From a bacterium (lineage in GTDB: Bacteria; SAR324; NAC60-12): 64,000 nucleotides of DNA. The position numbers were made by a program, and so were the translations under genes. The notes beneath the pieces are model-generated. The model saw nothing but the letters and a program-made list of their open reading frames with translations. It did not search any database and was not told the DNA's origin. Every line of letters starts with the position of its first letter. Position 1 is the stretch's first letter. Shown in pieces: positions 59,837-64,000 of this stretch. Where the stretch lies: assembly GCA_965209155.1 (NCBI GenBank), contig OZ242383.1, positions 3,616,001-3,680,000 of the forward strand. The letters are read 5' to 3'.

Positions 59837-60269
59837 CCACATCCCTGAAACGCTTCGTCGATTCGTGGCCGTTCGAGCCAATTTTCTCTGTGAATATTGT
59901 TTGATACACGAAACAGATACCTTCCTGAAATGTGAAGTGGATCATATCATCAGCCTCAAACATAAGGGGCCAACCCACGCTGACAATCTTGCTTATGCCT
60001 GCTTCATTTGTAATCGTCTCAAAGGAAGTGATGTCGGTTCTCTCCTCTGGGAAACAAATCAATTTGTTCGATTTTTTAACCCTCGCCTTGATCGGTGGGG
60101 AGATCATTTTCAATTCAATGAAGGAGCGATTCATCCTTTGAGTGACATCGGCAAGGTCACTGCTCATATTTTAAGGTTCAACGATTCCGAGCGTATTTTG
60201 GAACGAGAAACTTTAATGCTCCGGGGGAAGTACCCCTCACCAGCGGCACAAGAGCGGATGAGGCAATAA
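59829..60269 (+). CDS. HNH endonuclease
   Basis: CEYC, EVDHIIS.KH.G, NLAYAC..CN. Confidence 0.88.
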   Translation: MSSHIPETLRRFVAVRANFLCEYCLIHETDTFLKCEVDHIISLKHKGPTHADNLAYACFICNRLKGSDVGSLLWETNQFVRFFNPRLDRWGDHFQFNEGAIHPLSDIGKVTAHILRFNDSERILERETLMLRGKYPSPAAQERMRQ

Positions 60270-60507
60270 AATAGTGGGTAGGATAATAAGAGATTAGGCC
60301 TCAGGATTGCTACATAAAAAAGGCTTTCAGAATCAATGAGGCAATCCCTGCTATAGCTACATAGGAAAATCAAAAATTTGCAGCGACCTTACCCTTTGCA
60401 AATGAGTGTGTAAAGCGGGGTGCCCGCTTTTCTTCTGGGCAGGCCGGATTTTAGACAAGGGGATCCCTGAGGTTTAAAGGACCCATTGCGCATCACAAAA
60501 ATAGGTT

Positions 60508-60768
60508 TCATCCAACGGAGTGCCGCTTCCGCAGACGTGGTCCGGCATCCCGGCCGCATCGGCGTACCGGCCCAGCGGTTTTATTTTGTTTCTCATAAAC
60601 CGTCACCTTGTTGTCCTCGAGATTCAATCGGCAGGCGCTCCTGTAAACCCTTTCCACAGAGATCGCTGCCCGGCTCATATATCTGGCAATGGGGTTTTCT
60701 GCAGCGTCATCGTTGGTTTGGCCAAAGGCTTCTAACTCCTTCAAGAGTTTCAATAATTCGGGTGTCAC
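60508..60768 (-). pseudogene. Chimeric remnant: O-methyltransferase-like N-terminus plus FAD-oxidoreductase-like fragment
   Basis: LLKELEAFGQTND followed by KVTVYEKQNK. Confidence 0.35.
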
Positions 60769-61871
60769 GGTTGGCCTCCTTTTGAAATGAGCATTGCTGA
60801 GAGGGACGGCCAATCGAATTCCACCCCATGACCTGGGCGATCCGGAGCGGTAGCAAAACCTTCTTCAATGACCATCGGGTTCTGAATGTAATGTTCCAAT
60901 CCAAAACCATGAGCTTCCAAATACGATTTGTTCGGCACAGCGGCCAATAGATGGACATGGAGATCATGCACCCCATGAGAGGTGACTTTCAAGTTGTGGC
61001 TTTCTGCCAAAGCCGCAATCTTCATCCAGGGAGTGATGCCGCCACAATTGGAAACATCGGGTTCCGGAAACGTGACTCCCCCTGCAGCAATCATGCGTTG
61101 GAACTCATAGATTGTTCGAAAATTTTCTCCCGTGGCAATGGGCAACTTCCCGAGATTTGCCAGCATCGCATGACCGGTTTCATCATCAGGAATGAGCGGC
61201 TCTTCCACCCAGTAAAGCCCAAACTCTGCTAAGGCTTGAAAGGCTTTCAGCGCCTCATCCCGTGTCCAACGCATGTTGGCATCCACCATTAAAGGAAAAT
61301 CGTTTCCTAAATGATCCCGCATGGCCGCCACTCGTGATAAATCTTCCGACAGTTTGTCCCGTCCCACTTTCATTTTGATGGCACGAAACCCCTTTGACAA
61401 ATTATTATTGGTTTGTTGCAACAATTCCTCAAGCGGCAATTGCAAATCAATCCCACCCGCATAAGCCAGCACTTTGGGGTCGTAGCCCCCCAACAATTTC
61501 CAAAGGGGGGTTTGCTGGCGACGCGCCTTCAGATCCCATAAAGCGATATCCACCGCTGCGATTGAAAACGAGGCAATGCCTCCACGCCCCACATAGTGCA
61601 GGGCCCACCACATTTGTTCCCAAAGCGCTGCAATTCTCTCAGAATCCGCACCAATCAAAAGAGGAACCAAAGCTTGATCGACCAACGAATACACGGCACC
61701 TCCTCCATGATTGACCGTGTACGTGTATCCTGACCCCTCCACCCCTTGCTGGTCGGTGATTTGGGCGGTCACCAATTCAAAATGGGTCATGGCGCCATGG
61801 GTGGAATCGGTCATCACGTAGGGCAACGGAATGCGGTAGTGAGTCGCTTCAACTTTTTCAATTTTTTCCAT
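60765..61871 (-). CDS. Mandelate racemase/muconate lactonizing enzyme family protein
   Basis: VDIALWDL, KMKVG, MVDAN, WVEEP, ATGEN, TSHG. Confidence 0.92.
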   Translation of the reverse strand: MEKIEKVEATHYRIPLPYVMTDSTHGAMTHFELVTAQITDQQGVEGSGYTYTVNHGGGAVYSLVDQALVPLLIGADSERIAALWEQMWWALHYVGRGGIASFSIAAVDIALWDLKARRQQTPLWKLLGGYDPKVLAYAGGIDLQLPLEELLQQTNNNLSKGFRAIKMKVGRDKLSEDLSRVAAMRDHLGNDFPLMVDANMRWTRDEALKAFQALAEFGLYWVEEPLIPDDETGHAMLANLGKLPIATGENFRTIYEFQRMIAAGGVTFPEPDVSNCGGITPWMKIAALAESHNLKVTSHGVHDLHVHLLAAVPNKSYLEAHGFGLEHYIQNPMVIEEGFATAPDRPGHGVEFDWPSLSAMLISKGGQP

Positions 61872-62033
61872 AATAATGTTTCCTGGTTAGATTTTAAAAA
61901 AAAGCCAGAATGCATTCCCATCTCAACCCTCGAAATCACCTCATTGCCAGATAGGAAAATCAATAATTTTCAGGGGACCTTACCTTTGAAGAGGGGGTTG
62001 TAAATATGTAAACTGTCCCTGATGTGGGGATAG

Positions 62034-63158
62034 CTAGCTCGACTTGCGAGCGGGTGTGATACAGCCGAACTCGATCAGCGTATCACCTGTCGCTTTAAGC
62101 GTATCTCTCACCTCATGGGTTTTCAGACCCAGTTCCGTGATCGCTTTGGTACACCGGGCCCGTAGTCTGGCATCTGTGGCAGGTGGGTCATAATCACCGG
62201 CGACATCGATATCCGGATACAGTTCACCAAGCATGTCGAGCAGCATGCGCATGGACGGTTCCCCGGACTCATCGGTCGCTACCAGCATATATCTTGAACC
62301 ATTTTGCGCAACGTCGCTGGTTGCCATCAAGCGTTGTGCTTCTGCAATATCCCGTACGTCGATGATATTCCATTTCTCTGGACCTTCTACTGGTGAAAAA
62401 TTGGGATTGCGATCGGTGGTGCCGGACAAAAAGAGACCAATCTTATGCTGCCATATCGTATCATGCGGTTTACCAAGCAAGGGTCCGAGCACATGACAGG
62501 GACAGCAGGAAACCACATCGATGCCATGTTTCTCGCCAAATTCGTAGCCCAATTTTTCGGCATCGACCTTGCCCTTGGCATAGGCGTTTCGCTCAACGGT
62601 CCAGTTCATAACTACCTTGCCTTCCCGATTGGTAGAGGTGTGTCTCTCTTCCAGACTTTCATAGGAACCCCCAGCCCAATCGTCTTCGGTATAGATATAG
62701 TCGGCAGAACGATCCGGGTTTCCTGGCCCCATAACAGCGGCGCATGAAGACGTGTAGACAACCCGTTTAACGGTGCCCGCTTTTCTGCAGGATTCGAGAA
62801 CGCCACCAGTGGCGTCCAGCAATCCCTCATATATACTTTGCGGCGATGGTTTGCCGTAGGTAGGATCGGTACCGATATCTGCAGCTACATGAAATACCGC
62901 AGAGCATCCCGCGAATGCTTCGTCATAGGAACCTTCCGTGGCCTTCATCAGGTCACAGGAATACAGTTCGATACGACCAGGTCCTTGCTCGTCCATTGCA
63001 TGGAGATAGGAGATCTTGTCGGTTCGGCTGGTGTCGCGTACGCAGGCACGAACATTGTATCCAGCTTCTACCAGATTTTTGACGACATGGGATCCGATGT
63101 AACCGGATGCGCCGGTGACGGTGACGGGCCCCTCTTCAGGTCCTGAAATTTTAGGCAT
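62034..63158 (-). CDS. NAD-dependent epimerase/dehydratase (DFR/aldehyde reductase-like)
   Basis: TGASGYIG, FHVA, YTSS.AA, YAKGK, IDVRDIA. Confidence 0.88.
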   Translation of the reverse strand: MPKISGPEEGPVTVTGASGYIGSHVVKNLVEAGYNVRACVRDTSRTDKISYLHAMDEQGPGRIELYSCDLMKATEGSYDEAFAGCSAVFHVAADIGTDPTYGKPSPQSIYEGLLDATGGVLESCRKAGTVKRVVYTSSCAAVMGPGNPDRSADYIYTEDDWAGGSYESLEERHTSTNREGKVVMNWTVERNAYAKGKVDAEKLGYEFGEKHGIDVVSCCPCHVLGPLLGKPHDTIWQHKIGLFLSGTTDRNPNFSPVEGPEKWNIIDVRDIAEAQRLMATSDVAQNGSRYMLVATDESGEPSMRMLLDMLGELYPDIDVAGDYDPPATDARLRARCTKAITELGLKTHEVRDTLKATGDTLIEFGCITPARKSS

Positions 63159-63366
63159 TGTTGTACTCCATTAGTTTAAATTGGCGCAGTATATGCGTGA
63201 AATAGCTGTTCGGACTGCTGTTATCATTTGATATCACTTTATGTGATCATTATCAATTTTGACTTCACTTATGTCATTCAGTGCTTGACTCTCCCTTCCG
63301 TACCATCTTCGACTCAAAATTGCCCCCTTAGGAAAATCAAAAACTGCCTATTTCTTGACTCTTTGT

Positions 63367-63695
63367 CTAATGAGTGGCCCCAGCACGAAGTTCAAAAAGA
63401 AAATCTAAAGGCTGACAGAATTTGAATGAATACAAGCCTTTTAAAGAATCAAAATGGCTGTCATAAGTTAAAAGGTGAGTCATTTTACCATTATCCGCAC
63501 ACAAGACAAAGCTTACATCATCAGAATCTTGAGGAAAACGAGGCAGGTGGTAGAAGCGAATAGGAACCAGTTTGCCCAATTTTTAAAAAGACGCAATCAA
63601 CCCGACAATTCTCTCTCTTTCAATCCCTTCATCTCTTTGTTTTTTAACATATTTCCGCAAGGTATCACGAGAATAAAGGAGATCGAAATAGCCTT
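63367..63695 (-). pseudogene. PIN-domain toxin fragment, 5' truncated
   Basis: LLYSRDTL.KY ... P.DSDD..FV.CA..G...L.TYD.H ... P.DFL. Confidence 0.6.
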
Positions 63696-63737
63696 ACTGG
63701 CCATATCCGCCGCATCTTGGCAAAAAATAGTCAAAAA

Positions 63738-64000
63738 CTACACTGGGCCATCGATCAATGCACGCGGGCCCTCCGTTATTCCTGCTCCCATCTTTCCAAA
63801 GTGTCCGCCGTACGAAAACCATATTTTGAACCCCAACTGCTCTTTTGCAGCGGGCGGCATTAACTCCAAAGCCTCTGTCGTCGTCGCGAGCACGTTGTTC
63901 TCCGCGGTTCGAAATTGGGGTCCAACGTAGTCGTAGTGCATGAGGGTGCCAGTGCACGACGTCGCAAACCAGGTGCGGCCATCAAGGAGAAGCACGTTTC
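63738..64000 (-). CDS. PhyH-like protein C-terminus, running off the window end
   Basis: 63701-64000 duplicates 58422-58719 and is in frame here. Confidence 0.65.
   Translation of the reverse strand, partial: NVLLLDGRTWFATSCTGTLMHYDYVGPQFRTAENNVLATTTEALELMPPAAKEQLGFKIWFSYGGHFGKMGAGITEGPRALIDGPV

Overview
Bacterial 64-kb window. It is possibly from a SAR324/deltaproteobacterial-type organism; this is an inference from gene style only. Housekeeping genes (ribokinase, acetolactate synthase, minCDE, PIN-PhoH, plant-type dapA, pyrD, nnr, chorismate mutase) are mixed with catabolic genes (two ATPase-less family-5 ABC peptide/nickel operons, enolase-superfamily enzymes, SDR, LLM, PhyH, CoA-transferase, haloalkane dehalogenase) and two MoxR/VWA systems. 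The most striking signal is a 556-562 bp element present three times. It has complete IS200/IS605-type ends: hairpins plus guide/cleavage tetranucleotides TAAA/TAAT and CAAG/TGAC that obey the IS608 pairing rule. It has no transposase and instead carries an antisense four-helix-bundle (23S-IVS/Avd-like) gene enclosed in a 42-bp hexamer-periodic inverted repeat. Two copies sit inside apparent operons (moxR-VWA and minC-minD). Other accessory structure: a REP-junctioned tandem duplication of an ABC locus with reciprocal gene loss and diverged binding proteins, a gene flanked by two MITE-like copies, an internally deleted IS110 with a structured non-coding end, a structured leader upstream of an ABC operon, a candidate HNH toxin-antitoxin pair, and many deleted gene remnants. 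No rRNA, tRNA or CRISPR array was seen. All calls are by eye, without database searches.
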